From Candidatus Latescibacterota bacterium (GTDB taxonomy: Bacteria > Latescibacterota > UBA2968), in the NCBI GenBank assembly GCA_965208125.1, contig OZ242320.1, positions 4,096,001-4,160,000 on the forward strand: a stretch of DNA of 64,000 bases, written 5' to 3'. The position numbers and the translations under genes are program-made. Below are positions 38,601-48,698 of this stretch, piece after piece. Numbering within the stretch: position 1 is the first letter of the stretch; each line of letters begins with the position of its first letter. A model generated the notes under the pieces. It was not told the DNA's origin and did no database searches. It saw only the letters and a program-made list of their open reading frames with translations.

Positions 38601-41021
38601 TCATTCATTTCGTAGGGCATCCACTGGACTTGCGAACGCAGCTTTTAGAGTATGATATCCCACGGTTGTTACAGCAAGCGTCAGTACTAGAAGACTACTT
38701 AGAAGAAAGACCTCGAAACCCAGATGAACCCGATAAGCAAAATTCTGCAACCACGTTCTCATCACATGATAAGCCATTGGATAGGCAATTAGCATTGCCA
38801 CGATTACCCATTTTACAAAACTGGCAGAAAGTAGTAGAAATATTTCAGCCACTGAAGCTCCAAGAACCTTTCGGATACCAATCTCCTTAGTTCGTTGGGA
38901 CGTTAAGAAAGAAGCCAAACCTACAAGGCCCTGACACGCAATCAACATAGCAATAAAGGCAGCGACTGCGAATACTTTCCGTAATCGCATCTCATCCCGA
39001 TAGAGCAAATCAAGGCGCTCGTCCAAAAAAAGGAAATCAAACGGACGACCAGGTATAAAACGCTTCCATGTCGTTTCTAAGAAGGCCATCGTTTCTGGTA
39101 GATTATCAGTCTGAATTCGCAAAGTAATAAAAAGATAACGAGACGGCGTCATACAAATCACGTAGGGACCGATTTTTTTTCTGAGTGATCTACTGTGGAA
39201 ATCTTTGACTATCCCGATAACAGTTCCTGTACGTTTTAGCCCAGGTATTTCAAGCTGTTTTCCCAGAGAGTTATGCCCTCCGAGTTGTCTGGCCGCCGTT
39301 TCATTAATCAAAAATGCACTTGTTACATCTTTCTGGATATCTTGTGAGAAATTCCGGCCAGAGAATAGGTCAATTTCGTAAGTGTTCAAAAAATCCGCAT
39401 CGACTTCCAGAATCCACATTGGAAGCTCTTGATCTGGAGCACCGCCTAACCTGACTGTCTGCTGGCGTCCACCATCAATACCGATCAAGTCGTGAGATGC
39501 TGTCGCGGCCAAAACATGAGGATTCTGCAAAAACTCTCCCTTGATAGTCGAATATCGATTCACCAAGCGTTTTGAAGGATCTGGTTCCACCATTCTGTCC
39601 GTTCGAAAAATCGGAATGTGAATGAGGTTGGCTTTGTTAAAACCCAGATTTGTATCGCTGATATATACCAACTGATTGTGAATCACACCTGCACAAACAA
39701 TCAGAAAAATCGAGGTTGAGAATTGGATTACGACCAATCCCTTTCGGAGACCATTCCCTTGGGGGCTGATTTTTAAACTGCCTTTCAAAACCTCTACAGG
39801 CTGAAATGCAGACAGCACAAAGGCTGGATAACTGCCCGATAGAAAACCGACAAACAGCGTAATGCCCGTCAATGCCAGTATGGAAGAACTGGTGCTCAAG
39901 GCCAGGGATTTGCCTGTAAAACTGTTAAACGTCGGCAAAAGCAGTTCGACTAAAATTAGAGCAAACACAAAGGCGATTACGGATAAAAGAATAGACTCCC
40001 CTAAAAACTGTCTGATAAGTTGGAGTCGATTTGCACCAATTACTTTTCTTAAGCCTACCTCTTTTGCACGGCTTGCAGACCGGGCTGTTGCCAGGTTTAT
40101 AAAATTGATACAGGCGAGGAGCAGGACAATGAAACCTACAGCGGACATCAGGTAAACGTAAGTAATATCCCCCCTTTTTGAATGTTGAATATCGTAATCT
40201 CGTTGAGTATAAAGATGAATCTGTTTTAGCGGCTGGAGATGATAGGAATAAGTCACTCTTGCTTCTGTACTCATATTCGTTTCTATCAAGTCCGGTAATT
40301 TACGTTCCAACGTATCAGAATCATAATCTTGAGGAAGCATGATAAACGTCAGAAAGTCTGTGATGTTCCCGGGGTTCGCATTCCAGGTATCTGAGATCTG
40401 GCTAAGAGAGATTGTTGAAAGGAGAAAATCGAATTGGAAAGTCGAATTCTCAGGGATCTGATTCAAAACGCCTGTGACAGTATAATTTTCCTTCAACAAT
40501 CTATGTTCGGCTGTGATTGTTTTTCCTATAGGATTTTCATCTCCAAATAGCACCTGAGCGATGTCTTCTGTGATTACAACAGAGTAGGGTTCTGTCAAGA
40601 CTTTTTTGGGATTCCCCTTCACCAAAGGAAAGGTAAACATATCCAGGAAACCTTCGTCAACGATCCAACCGCGACCTTCTCCTTTCCCTTTATCTGCAAG
40701 CTCTCGAATACCAAGTCTTCTCTGTAATACACGCACGGCCTGTTGAACTTCTGGGAAATTTCGGCGCAAAGTTGGTGCCAACGCTCCCGATACGCCAGTT
40801 TTATAAGAGGAAGCTTCACCATCCTTGTGTCTTTCTCTTATTACCCTATAAATCCGGTCCGTATTCTCGTGGAATCGGTCATAGCTCAATTCATACTGAA
40901 CAAACAGTAAGATTAGAATACAACAGGCCATTCCCACCGCGAGACCACAGATGTTCATGAATGAATAGCCTTTATATCTGAGCAGGTTTCGAACAGCAAT
41001 TATACAATAATTGTGAAGCAC
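38601..41021 (-). CDS. ABC transporter permease (MacB/FtsX-type, duplicated)
   Basis: IAVRNL..YKGYS..NI.GLAVG, ACINFINLATARS..RAKEVGLRKV, RTKEIGIRKVLGAS, PVDALRNE; GTG start ~41021; no ATPase adjacent. Confidence 0.9.
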   Translation of the reverse strand: MLHNYCIIAVRNLLRYKGYSFMNICGLAVGMACCILILLFVQYELSYDRFHENTDRIYRVIRERHKDGEASSYKTGVSGALAPTLRRNFPEVQQAVRVLQRRLGIRELADKGKGEGRGWIVDEGFLDMFTFPLVKGNPKKVLTEPYSVVITEDIAQVLFGDENPIGKTITAEHRLLKENYTVTGVLNQIPENSTFQFDFLLSTISLSQISDTWNANPGNITDFLTFIMLPQDYDSDTLERKLPDLIETNMSTEARVTYSYHLQPLKQIHLYTQRDYDIQHSKRGDITYVYLMSAVGFIVLLLACINFINLATARSASRAKEVGLRKVIGANRLQLIRQFLGESILLSVIAFVFALILVELLLPTFNSFTGKSLALSTSSSILALTGITLFVGFLSGSYPAFVLSAFQPVEVLKGSLKISPQGNGLRKGLVVIQFSTSIFLIVCAGVIHNQLVYISDTNLGFNKANLIHIPIFRTDRMVEPDPSKRLVNRYSTIKGEFLQNPHVLAATASHDLIGIDGGRQQTVRLGGAPDQELPMWILEVDADFLNTYEIDLFSGRNFSQDIQKDVTSAFLINETAARQLGGHNSLGKQLEIPGLKRTGTVIGIVKDFHSRSLRKKIGPYVICMTPSRYLFITLRIQTDNLPETMAFLETTWKRFIPGRPFDFLFLDERLDLLYRDEMRLRKVFAVAAFIAMLIACQGLVGLASFLTSQRTKEIGIRKVLGASVAEIFLLLSASFVKWVIVAMLIAYPMAYHVMRTWLQNFAYRVHLGFEVFLLSSLLVLTLAVTTVGYHTLKAAFASPVDALRNE

Positions 41022-41236
41022 ATTACCCTCTTCAGTTGACAGTGAACAAGAGTGAGATGCGAACAAAAAGTGCATCCACTCTTAATATAAAGTGAGAAAG
41101 AGTCTAAGCCAAAATTGACAGAAACGCTTGTATTTTTTAGAGGGAGGTGATGCGCTTGTGTAAAATGATGACGGTTCCTCCATGGGGGAGAGACATGCGT
41201 ATGCCAGGAACGAGAATCGAACAGAAACAACAGGTT

Positions 41237-41307
41237 GCGCTATTCGCTTTGAATGGCGTTTTTTTATTGCGTTGGCCACTGCACAAACGGATGCTGTGGC
41301 CTTTTTT
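41237..41307 (+). promoter_or_regulatory. Two tandem terminator-like hairpins in the leader of the aldo/keto reductase gene
   Basis: GCGCTATTC/GAATGGCGT+T run and GGCCAC..TGTGGCC+T6 just before the GGAGG RBS. Confidence 0.45.
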
Positions 41308-41322
41308 ATTTGGAGGTACTCT

Positions 41323-42285
41323 ATGGATATCCCGAAAGATGGCTGCTGTCCACGGCGACGTTGGGGAAAAACGGAATTGTCCATCCCAGTAATTGCCTTT
41401 GGAAGTGATGGATTTGGCAATCGGTTCGGCCACGTAAGTGATGAAACTGCCATAAGGCTCATGCAATGCGCTGTAGAACTGGGTGTCAATCACTTTGACT
41501 GCGCTCGATGCTATGGAGATTCGCTACGCAAAATAGGGTTGGCAATCAAGCAAAACGCAATCAAACGAGAGGATTTAATCATCACTGGCCGAATATGTTG
41601 TCACGGTAGTGGTCAATGGGGTCTCTTTGGAAAAGGAGATCCTGAATATGCATCAGAAATCGCTGATTATTCGTCAGATCGCGTGCTGCCAGATATTGAA
41701 GATCAACTCAAACGCTTAGAAATTGACCGCTTCGATGCACTGCTCGTTCACGGCCCCTGGCCTGTTGAACCATCCCTTGCACCGGGCGGTATTCTCGAAG
41801 GTCTGGAACAAGCCCAAGATCGCGGTCTGGTAGATTTTATCGGCTATGGCATGCACCACCCTCCCTTTCATTTGAAAGCCATTGAATCAGGGCGGGTTGA
41901 TGTCCTTTTGACCTACTCTGATTACAATCTGCTTCGCCAAAATGCAGCGGATGATATTCTGCCAGCGGCAGCAGCGCATGACATCGGGGTACTCAACGCC
42001 TGGTCTATTTTTAGAGGTTGGCTAACGGGTTTACCCGTTGCGTCGTTTGTCCCTCGAAAAGAATGGAAGGAAGATCATCACCAGGCTGAAAATATTCGGC
42101 TCTGGTGTAAATCGCAAAATGTCGATATGCTCCAACTCGCTCTGCAATTTTGCCTGCGAGAAGCTCGAATACATGGCAATCCAATTGGCATGATGAACAT
42201 TGAACAGTTGGAAATGAATGTGGATGCTGTATTAAAACCATTGCCCGATGAAGTATTCGACGCTTTCAAACTGGCGTACTTATGA
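41323..42285 (+). CDS. Aldo/keto reductase
   Basis: GGAGG RBS, RRRWGKTELSIP, FDCARCYG, QLKRL..D.FDALLVH. Confidence 0.88.
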   Translation: MDIPKDGCCPRRRWGKTELSIPVIAFGSDGFGNRFGHVSDETAIRLMQCAVELGVNHFDCARCYGDSLRKIGLAIKQNAIKREDLIITGRICCHGSGQWGLFGKGDPEYASEIADYSSDRVLPDIEDQLKRLEIDRFDALLVHGPWPVEPSLAPGGILEGLEQAQDRGLVDFIGYGMHHPPFHLKAIESGRVDVLLTYSDYNLLRQNAADDILPAAAAHDIGVLNAWSIFRGWLTGLPVASFVPRKEWKEDHHQAENIRLWCKSQNVDMLQLALQFCLREARIHGNPIGMMNIEQLEMNVDAVLKPLPDEVFDAFKLAYL

Positions 42286-42320
42286 CCACAAGAGAAATTC
42301 CAAAAGCACGTACCATTGCG

Positions 42321-42602
42321 TTAATTGTCCTTTTTTAAAGCACTTGCCAGAGCACGATCTTCTGTGTCATAGTCGAAGATGGACTGGTCGTATTCCTCCG
42401 GAGGGTTCTCGCGTTCCCAGTCAACCGTACGCTTCATGTCCAGATCGAGTCGATTGCCGTGAATATGCTCGACGCTGTCCGGAACGAGATCGGCGTTGTG
42501 CTTCCCCCGGTGGAAGACGGTGACAGTATGACCGGCTTCGGCCAGCATGGCGACAGTATGGGCACCGATAAAGCGCGTGCCACCGATGACGAGTATGTTC
42601 AT
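42321..42602 (-). pseudogene. NAD-dependent epimerase/dehydratase with large in-frame internal deletion
   Basis: N-terminal ILVIGGTRFIG...FHRG joined to the family C-terminus RTVDWERENPP...FDY..ED in only 93 aa. Confidence 0.75.
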
Positions 42603-42635
42603 GATATCATTGCCTTATCTAATAGACCTGTTTTT

Positions 42636-43598
42636 TTATATTTTGCTGTTTAAATGGATTTCGAATCCCCACCAATGTTCCGTCTGCTTGTAGTGCGCTC
42701 TCTCGAAGGCATTGACCATCGGGAAATTAGTCGCCGCCGTCGTTGATCGGATGCAATCCGCTCCTTCGTGTTCCAGAATCTGAGTTCCTCGGGCAAGGAG
42801 ATCATTGACATAACCTTGCCCTCTCTTTTTAGGTACAACTCCAAGCGTATAAATGCAGCCAATAGAATGATCCTTACGAGGGTTTTTTCGCTTCTGAGAC
42901 AGCAGCAACATAATCACACCCACCAAATCATTCTGGGCATCATAGGCCAATTCAGAAAACCACGCATTTCGTTCATCCTCTTTGGGGCACTCGCTCAGAT
43001 ACTGTGATATTACTCGTTGAGGCCCAACCTCCGTGTAGCCTTTCAGAATTTCTGAATCCAAAGAATCCCGAAACGACAGAGCGAAAGACTGTGAGAAGGT
43101 TAATTCACCGACCTCTTCTCGCGTGCGAAAGGCAAGTCTGTTAGTAGCTGCTACAGAAGGTGAATTGCCAGGCCGCTCAAACTCTATCCGTTCTTGCATA
43201 CATTCAAAGCCCAGTTCTTTCACTATATCAATCAGCGGTCTTGACACAGCCAATCCTTCAGGAGTTGGGTCAGTGGACAACCGGTATTGAACCACCTGTG
43301 TTTGCTCCCGTCTGAACTCTTGAAGGCTATGCCGTATAAGGGCCCTTTTGATTGCCAGATCATCCAATTCATCTACTGTATCAAGATGGAAGATAGCCAA
43401 ATTTCCTGTCTTATTGTCGGTCTCATAGGCTATGCCACCCGTAAATGAGTTCTCAGCTTCTGCGGCAAAACACCACTCTGGCTTACTTGTCCCTTCAGAC
43501 CATGCGTGTAGCAAATGTTTCTGAAGCACCTGCCGGTCAACTTTGCTTGTGTTTACAAAAGGCTCAAGTTCATCTTGAGAGATAGGTCTAACTTTCAA
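42636..43598 (-). CDS. GNAT family acetyltransferase (two-domain)
   Basis: LGVVPKKRGQGY..DLL; NFPMVNAFER. Confidence 0.85.
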   Translation of the reverse strand: MKVRPISQDELEPFVNTSKVDRQVLQKHLLHAWSEGTSKPEWCFAAEAENSFTGGIAYETDNKTGNLAIFHLDTVDELDDLAIKRALIRHSLQEFRREQTQVVQYRLSTDPTPEGLAVSRPLIDIVKELGFECMQERIEFERPGNSPSVAATNRLAFRTREEVGELTFSQSFALSFRDSLDSEILKGYTEVGPQRVISQYLSECPKEDERNAWFSELAYDAQNDLVGVIMLLLSQKRKNPRKDHSIGCIYTLGVVPKKRGQGYVNDLLARGTQILEHEGADCIRSTTAATNFPMVNAFERAHYKQTEHWWGFEIHLNSKI

Positions 43599-43642
43599 TA
43601 GGTCATCCTTTCAGTGTGCGGCGCAGTGGTTTGTGGGCAATT

Positions 43643-43727
43643 GCCTCTAAACGTTCTCGTTACTTGCGAACTTGCCGAAGGCTAAGACACCAACGGCTTC
43701 ACAGCGCACCACCGTGTTGTTAGCCGA
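43643..43727 (-). repeat. Degenerate/chimeric attC site
   Basis: Minus TCGGCTAACAAC just after the MTase stop ... GCCTTCGGC ... AACG-TTTAGAGGCAAT (core site with an extra T). Confidence 0.6.
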
Positions 43728-43746
43728 AGTTGATCTGTTCCTAAAG

Positions 43747-44484
43747 TTACATTTTTCTGACTATGAAGTATGCACGTCTGCCCAGTTCATAAGGCTCGCA
43801 ATCCAGTGACGAAAAAGTATCGCACACCTCGAAACCCACCTCGGAAAAAAGAAGTGTCAACTCTCGAAATCCATAGACCCGCATAGAGCTTGTCTTCGTC
43901 TCGGAAATTCCGTTCGCAACCAAAGTCCATTCAGTATCGATCCGGCTCTCCGCGTGTCTGTATTTTATGTCCTCCAGGACAGTTGTTTCACCTACTTTGC
44001 TCCAACTGCGAAGCCGGAGTCTTGGGAGTATTGTTTCAGCGACGTTGGGAATGTCCAGAGCAAACCTCGAACCAGTCTTAAGCGTTCGATGCACTGCCTC
44101 GAGGAATCGCCTATTTCCGGCGTCGTCGAAGTATCCGAAACTTCCCCAAAAACAGAATGCCGCATCGAATGTCTCAATCCAGGATAGATCCCTCATATCC
44201 ATCTCAACAAGCTCAAGACCAGGATTCGCTCCTTGTGAAGCGGATTGCGCCTCTTGAAGAAAAATGGTCGTAATGTCAACGCCGGTTACTTTATAGCCTC
44301 TCTTAGCCAGCGGAATTGCCAATCTACCATTGCCACAAGGCACATCGAGAACCCGACATCCTGGTTTCAAATTGAGCACGCGTACCAAAAAGTTTACCTC
44401 TTCTGAGGTACGCTCTGCTCGCATGTTTCTTTGAACGTCGAGCCAATTTCCAGAAAAAAAAGTGGTCCACCACTCATTACTCAT
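43747..44484 (-). CDS. Class I SAM-dependent methyltransferase
   Basis: VLDVPCGNGR, DMRDL, SFGYF. Confidence 0.9.
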   Translation of the reverse strand: MSNEWWTTFFSGNWLDVQRNMRAERTSEEVNFLVRVLNLKPGCRVLDVPCGNGRLAIPLAKRGYKVTGVDITTIFLQEAQSASQGANPGLELVEMDMRDLSWIETFDAAFCFWGSFGYFDDAGNRRFLEAVHRTLKTGSRFALDIPNVAETILPRLRLRSWSKVGETTVLEDIKYRHAESRIDTEWTLVANGISETKTSSMRVYGFRELTLLFSEVGFEVCDTFSSLDCEPYELGRRAYFIVRKM

Positions 44485-44534
44485 ATTTCGCCTCACTGCA
44501 CAAGGTTACGTCTTGTCGGCAACATTCAATCCTT

Positions 44535-44882
44535 TCAATTATAGCCTACTGGTTGCCGATCATCTTTAGGAGAAATCCCCAGTTTGATGGGCGTCATCAA
44601 ATCACATAACCAGCCAATTTGACGCGCTTTGCTTCTTTCTTTTTTGCTGTATCCTCCTTTAAACAGAGGATGTATATCAAGATCGCTGGTCGAGATAGCC
44701 GTGCCATTTGCATAGCTGCCCACGAGATAATAACTGCGGATTCTATCGGGAAATATTCGCTCGAAGATACCGATGACTCCCTGTATTATCTGATCGACTT
44801 GGGAGTATCCAGTTGAATTCGTCAGCGAAACACTATTTAGCGTATTCTCTAATAGATTTTCATCTTCTTCTGATAATGGCAT
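44535..44882 (-). pseudogene. Nucleotidyltransferase, probably C-terminally truncated
   Basis: YLVGSYA.G....SDLD motif; ends abruptly. Confidence 0.55.
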
Positions 44883-44920
44883 TTTTACCTCTAATAGTAA
44901 GATCGAAAGGACTGACTTGC

Positions 44921-46195
44921 CTATTCTGTCACAACCGCTTCAGGTGAGACGCGAACTGATGACAATATCAAGTAGGTAAAAGCCACCATCATTACAGCAG
45001 CTGAAATCAATAGTGTTGCCTCCCAGCCAAAAGTTTCACCGAGGTAGCCACCTGACAATGCCGCAATCGGAATTATTCCGAATACGACAAGACGCCTGGT
45101 GGCATTGATTCTACCTAACAGTCTATCTGGAGTCACTGCTTGCCTCAGGCTAATCTGGCTTATGCTAAAGAGGGTCAACGCCAGGCTAAAGACTGCCTGG
45201 ATAGCAATGACGGCTGGGAGCTTCATCCAACCGAAGGAGCCTGCGAAAGGAAGCACGCCCATCGCAATGCCCTCAAGTAGCAACGCAATAATCATCAACC
45301 GGCCTGCACCCATCCGCTTTGCAAGTGGAACAGCGGATAAGGCTCCGATAATTGAGGCACCTCCTGCAACAGATCCGATTATTCCCAGCCAGATCGGCGT
45401 AATGCCCAGGGTGCGAACAAGAAAAAGTGTCCAAACTGTATGTTGTACAGCCCCTGCTGCACTTGCGAGAGCGGTCCCGATAGTCATGGCTCTCAGAATA
45501 GGGTGACTGAATAGGGTCGATATTCCCTCCTTGATGGCAGCCAGCACCCCCTGGTCCATCCTGGTCTTGATAGCATCAGATTCATCAAATCGGATCCTCA
45601 ATAGGAATAGACCAGATAAGAAGTACGAAATTGAATCCACAAGTATTGCCAACGGTGCACCGAGAATATCGACAAGGTATCCAGCTGCTCCGGGGCCTGC
45701 TACATTCGTTGTTGAAGTGCTTAGCTGAAGTCGGGCATTCCCCTCGACCAGATCTTCCCGTTTCACGATGGAAGGCAAAAACGATGTTGAGGCAAGGACG
45801 TACATCATCGCGAGTGTACCACCTGTAAAAGCCACAATATATAGCAACTCTATGGATAGCCAGCCAACCAGAGCTGCTGCGGGGACCAGACCTATGACCA
45901 ATCCTTGTCCGAACGCACTCGCGACCAGTATAGGCTTTCGTTTCGCCCGATCAATCCAGACACCAGCCACAAGAGCGAAGAGCAGTACTGGAAGATGTGT
46001 TGCCGCGTTGAGGAATCCCATTTCCTTCGCGCCAACCTGAAGCGTTATCACTGCAACAAGAGGGAGAGCGAGGTTGGTGACAGAAGAGCCAAGATCCGAA
46101 ATAGTGACGCCGCTCCAGAGCTTGGCAAAGTCAGAATTGGAGCGCGCCAGCCGGAAGAGGCCGCCCTCAGGTGCTATACTCATTTGCTTACTCAT
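44921..46195 (-). CDS. MFS transporter (DHA3-like)
   Basis: FAKLWSG..IS.LGS, AGVWIDR..RK, LRQ..TPD.LLGR. Confidence 0.9.
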   Translation of the reverse strand: MSKQMSIAPEGGLFRLARSNSDFAKLWSGVTISDLGSSVTNLALPLVAVITLQVGAKEMGFLNAATHLPVLLFALVAGVWIDRAKRKPILVASAFGQGLVIGLVPAAALVGWLSIELLYIVAFTGGTLAMMYVLASTSFLPSIVKREDLVEGNARLQLSTSTTNVAGPGAAGYLVDILGAPLAILVDSISYFLSGLFLLRIRFDESDAIKTRMDQGVLAAIKEGISTLFSHPILRAMTIGTALASAAGAVQHTVWTLFLVRTLGITPIWLGIIGSVAGGASIIGALSAVPLAKRMGAGRLMIIALLLEGIAMGVLPFAGSFGWMKLPAVIAIQAVFSLALTLFSISQISLRQAVTPDRLLGRINATRRLVVFGIIPIAALSGGYLGETFGWEATLLISAAVMMVAFTYLILSSVRVSPEAVVTE

Positions 46196-46260
46196 TTCGT
46201 ATGGTCGTGTTATGTGTCGTGCGATCCTCTATCCGTCGCCGAATGTGCCAATTGCGGGTT

Positions 46261-47064
46261 CTAATCAGCCGGTTTCGTGGCTATGAAAACCATGTCCGTA
46301 TGCTCAGCGTTCAGGGGATCGTCCGAGAAGTTACCCTTCACCTCCACGTCGGCAAATCCCGCCAACTGTAGCATCCAGAGTACCTCATTGCGATGATACC
46401 AGCGCGTTTGACCCACATGCACCTCTTCCTCGATAATCTGATTACCGTCATGAATCTCGTATCGGCGTTCCTGCATCTGGATCTGTTCAACTGGGTCCTC
46501 TCCCGTGTCTCGTAGATATACCAACAATCGTCGGCCGTCTGGGAGTTCCTTGTTTGATCGCAATACCCATTCTCCTGGGTAGGTCTTCTCTTCTTTGCTG
46601 CCGTAGTAGTTCCGGTTCCCCGGAGAACAGGCGAATGCGAGTTGTCCTTTCGGTTCCAGGTGGGTGAAACAACGTCGCAATGTCTCCAATGCCTCGGCGC
46701 GATCCATGACACACTCGAAGCTCCCACAGGGGATGTAAATAGTACTGTAGCTATGCGGCAGGTCGAATGTCTGCATAGATTGCTCATAGAGGACCGGTTT
46801 GACTCCGACACGCCCTGCATCCTGGCGGCACACTGTTAGTTGATCTGCTGATATGTCTATTCCCTCAACGTCAAGTCCATCCTGCAGATAGGCGATCAAC
46901 AAGCGACCTGCACCACACCCTAATTCGAGCGCTTTGCCTGAGTTCTTCACGATTATAGAACGATAGAACGCCTGGTCTCTACGGGGATCGGTGACCGATA
47001 TTGTGGCCCAGTGGACGGACGCCAGTCCGGTGTACAGATCGCGTTCGTCGTAGCGTTGCTGCAT
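46261..47064 (-). CDS. Class I SAM-dependent methyltransferase
   Basis: ALELGCGAGR; paralog of 35985-36818. Confidence 0.9.
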   Translation of the reverse strand: MQQRYDERDLYTGLASVHWATISVTDPRRDQAFYRSIIVKNSGKALELGCGAGRLLIAYLQDGLDVEGIDISADQLTVCRQDAGRVGVKPVLYEQSMQTFDLPHSYSTIYIPCGSFECVMDRAEALETLRRCFTHLEPKGQLAFACSPGNRNYYGSKEEKTYPGEWVLRSNKELPDGRRLLVYLRDTGEDPVEQIQMQERRYEIHDGNQIIEEEVHVGQTRWYHRNEVLWMLQLAGFADVEVKGNFSDDPLNAEHTDMVFIATKPAD

Positions 47065-47145
47065 TGCGTTGTCCTTGAGAAAGTGGTCAGTCTGATCCTT
47101 ATGACGTGATTGCTTTCAGAGAACCGAATGTTGGATGTTGCTTAA

Positions 47146-48048
47146 CTACAGCCTCTTTACGTACGCCGAAGAGACATCACTGATGCGGAATCCAACTCCG
47201 GTATAGAGCGAGACCGCAGCTATGTTGTTTTCGCGGCAGTTCAGAATCACGCGCTCATATCCTTCCTCTTGTGCCTCAGACAGTGCGCGATTGAGTAGAT
47301 AGTGCCCTATGCCTTGCCGTCGGTGCTCCTGATCTACCCCAAGCCATCGCAAGTAACAGCAGGAGGCGAGTTCGTCAAGGTTGGCGTACGCTTGACAACT
47401 GAACATGCGGCATATTCCGATTCTGGAATCACCAGAGAACGCCCTCACGAATATGTTGGGCCGTTCTGCATGTGTCAGGACCTTCTCGACATTCACCCGC
47501 GTTGCGATTGGATCTGGGGTCACTTTTCCTATTCGTCGCTCCAAGGTCAGATGGGCATCGTGGGGTGTGTATCCATTCTCACTGAAAAGTTTGCGGACGT
47601 GGGCGAGTCGATCAGAAAGGACGCCAACCTTATAGTTGTGAAACGAGTATCCGTGATAGAGCGGAAACGCATCGATGTACCCATAGTCCGTTAGCAAGCC
47701 TTCTGCGCTCTCCAGCAACAACTGCCCGACTGCTGGGAAATCTGGTACAAACGCCAGGCAACGGATGATTCCGCATTCGGTGTCTTCGCCACGTACTTCA
47801 GCCGGGCCAGCACAAATGTGCGCGAACCCAACAGGCTCAGCATCGACAGACGCAACAAGCAACTTCTGCTCCCTATCTGTTGCCAGTGACTCGCTGTCTT
47901 CCAGATTTGGTACAAGGCCACTTGCGAAGTCTTCGGGAACAACCGAATAGCTGAAAGGAGCCTTTGCCGTTGATTCCGACCAGACCTCGGAGAGACTACC
48001 TGCACGATACAGGGGCCACTCCTCAATCGTAGGTGAGTGCTTGTCCAT
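47146..48048 (-). CDS. GNAT family acetyltransferase
   Basis: LGVDQEHRRQGIG; N.AAVSLY..VGF. Confidence 0.85.
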   Translation of the reverse strand: MDKHSPTIEEWPLYRAGSLSEVWSESTAKAPFSYSVVPEDFASGLVPNLEDSESLATDREQKLLVASVDAEPVGFAHICAGPAEVRGEDTECGIIRCLAFVPDFPAVGQLLLESAEGLLTDYGYIDAFPLYHGYSFHNYKVGVLSDRLAHVRKLFSENGYTPHDAHLTLERRIGKVTPDPIATRVNVEKVLTHAERPNIFVRAFSGDSRIGICRMFSCQAYANLDELASCCYLRWLGVDQEHRRQGIGHYLLNRALSEAQEEGYERVILNCRENNIAAVSLYTGVGFRISDVSSAYVKRL

Positions 48049-48079
48049 TCACTGTTCTCTCTGCTGTCGATAGGAATGC

Positions 48080-48125
48080 GTTCGGCTAACATTTGGCATC
48101 TGCGACGGCGAAAGTAGTTACGAAC
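48080..48125 (-). repeat. Shortened attC-like site
   Basis: Minus GTTCGTAAC...GTCGCAGATGCCAAAT-GTTAGCCGAAC; ends complementary except for a 2-nt gap. Confidence 0.6.
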
Positions 48126-48152
48126 TATTTTTTCACATCTTTCAGAGCAATC

Positions 48153-48524
48153 TTAAGCCTGCACATTGGCATAGAAATTGATGATATTCCCATCCGGGTC
48201 ACGAAACCAAACGGATCGGCGCCCCCACGATTGGGTTGTAGGCGGTTTAACAATCTCAACATTCAGGGCTTTCAAACGCTCAAATTCCCGGTCGACGTCT
48301 TCTACCTCAAACTCGATAGTATAGCTACCATATCCAGCTCCCTTCAGGCATCCAGGAGCCATCTTCTCCGTGCGTTCTGAAGAGAAGATTGACAAATCTG
48401 CACCCTCCGTTGGGATGATCTCAAATATATTCCCTTCTTCTGGTTCAAGTTTTAGTATTTCTCTGTAGAAAGCGCACAATCTGTCCACATTCTGCGTTAT
48501 TATGCAAATGCCAGTGAACCGCAT
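48153..48524 (-). CDS. VOC/glyoxalase family protein
   Basis: IEFEVEDVD.E.ERL; WGRRSVWFRDPDGN. Confidence 0.9.
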   Translation of the reverse strand: MRFTGICIITQNVDRLCAFYREILKLEPEEGNIFEIIPTEGADLSIFSSERTEKMAPGCLKGAGYGSYTIEFEVEDVDREFERLKALNVEIVKPPTTQSWGRRSVWFRDPDGNIINFYANVQA

Positions 48525-48698
48525 GATGAACCTCCAGAAGTCTCAGTGAAATTCTTTTGGACGGCGCAGGACGCGTCGCCTCCTTCGAGGTGGGGATAGT
48601 CACGGCTTCCGTATAAGGTTCTCGCCGTGTGCGCACGGTCGTGCTCCCTTGCAGCCTGTATGAGCGATGCTAGCTGTTTTGTATCGTCCATTTCTGCC

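Noticed and set aside
48500-48691. 63-aa ORF between the PhyH and VOC genes
   Set aside because: Possibly another 5' stub, but no recognisable family; not called
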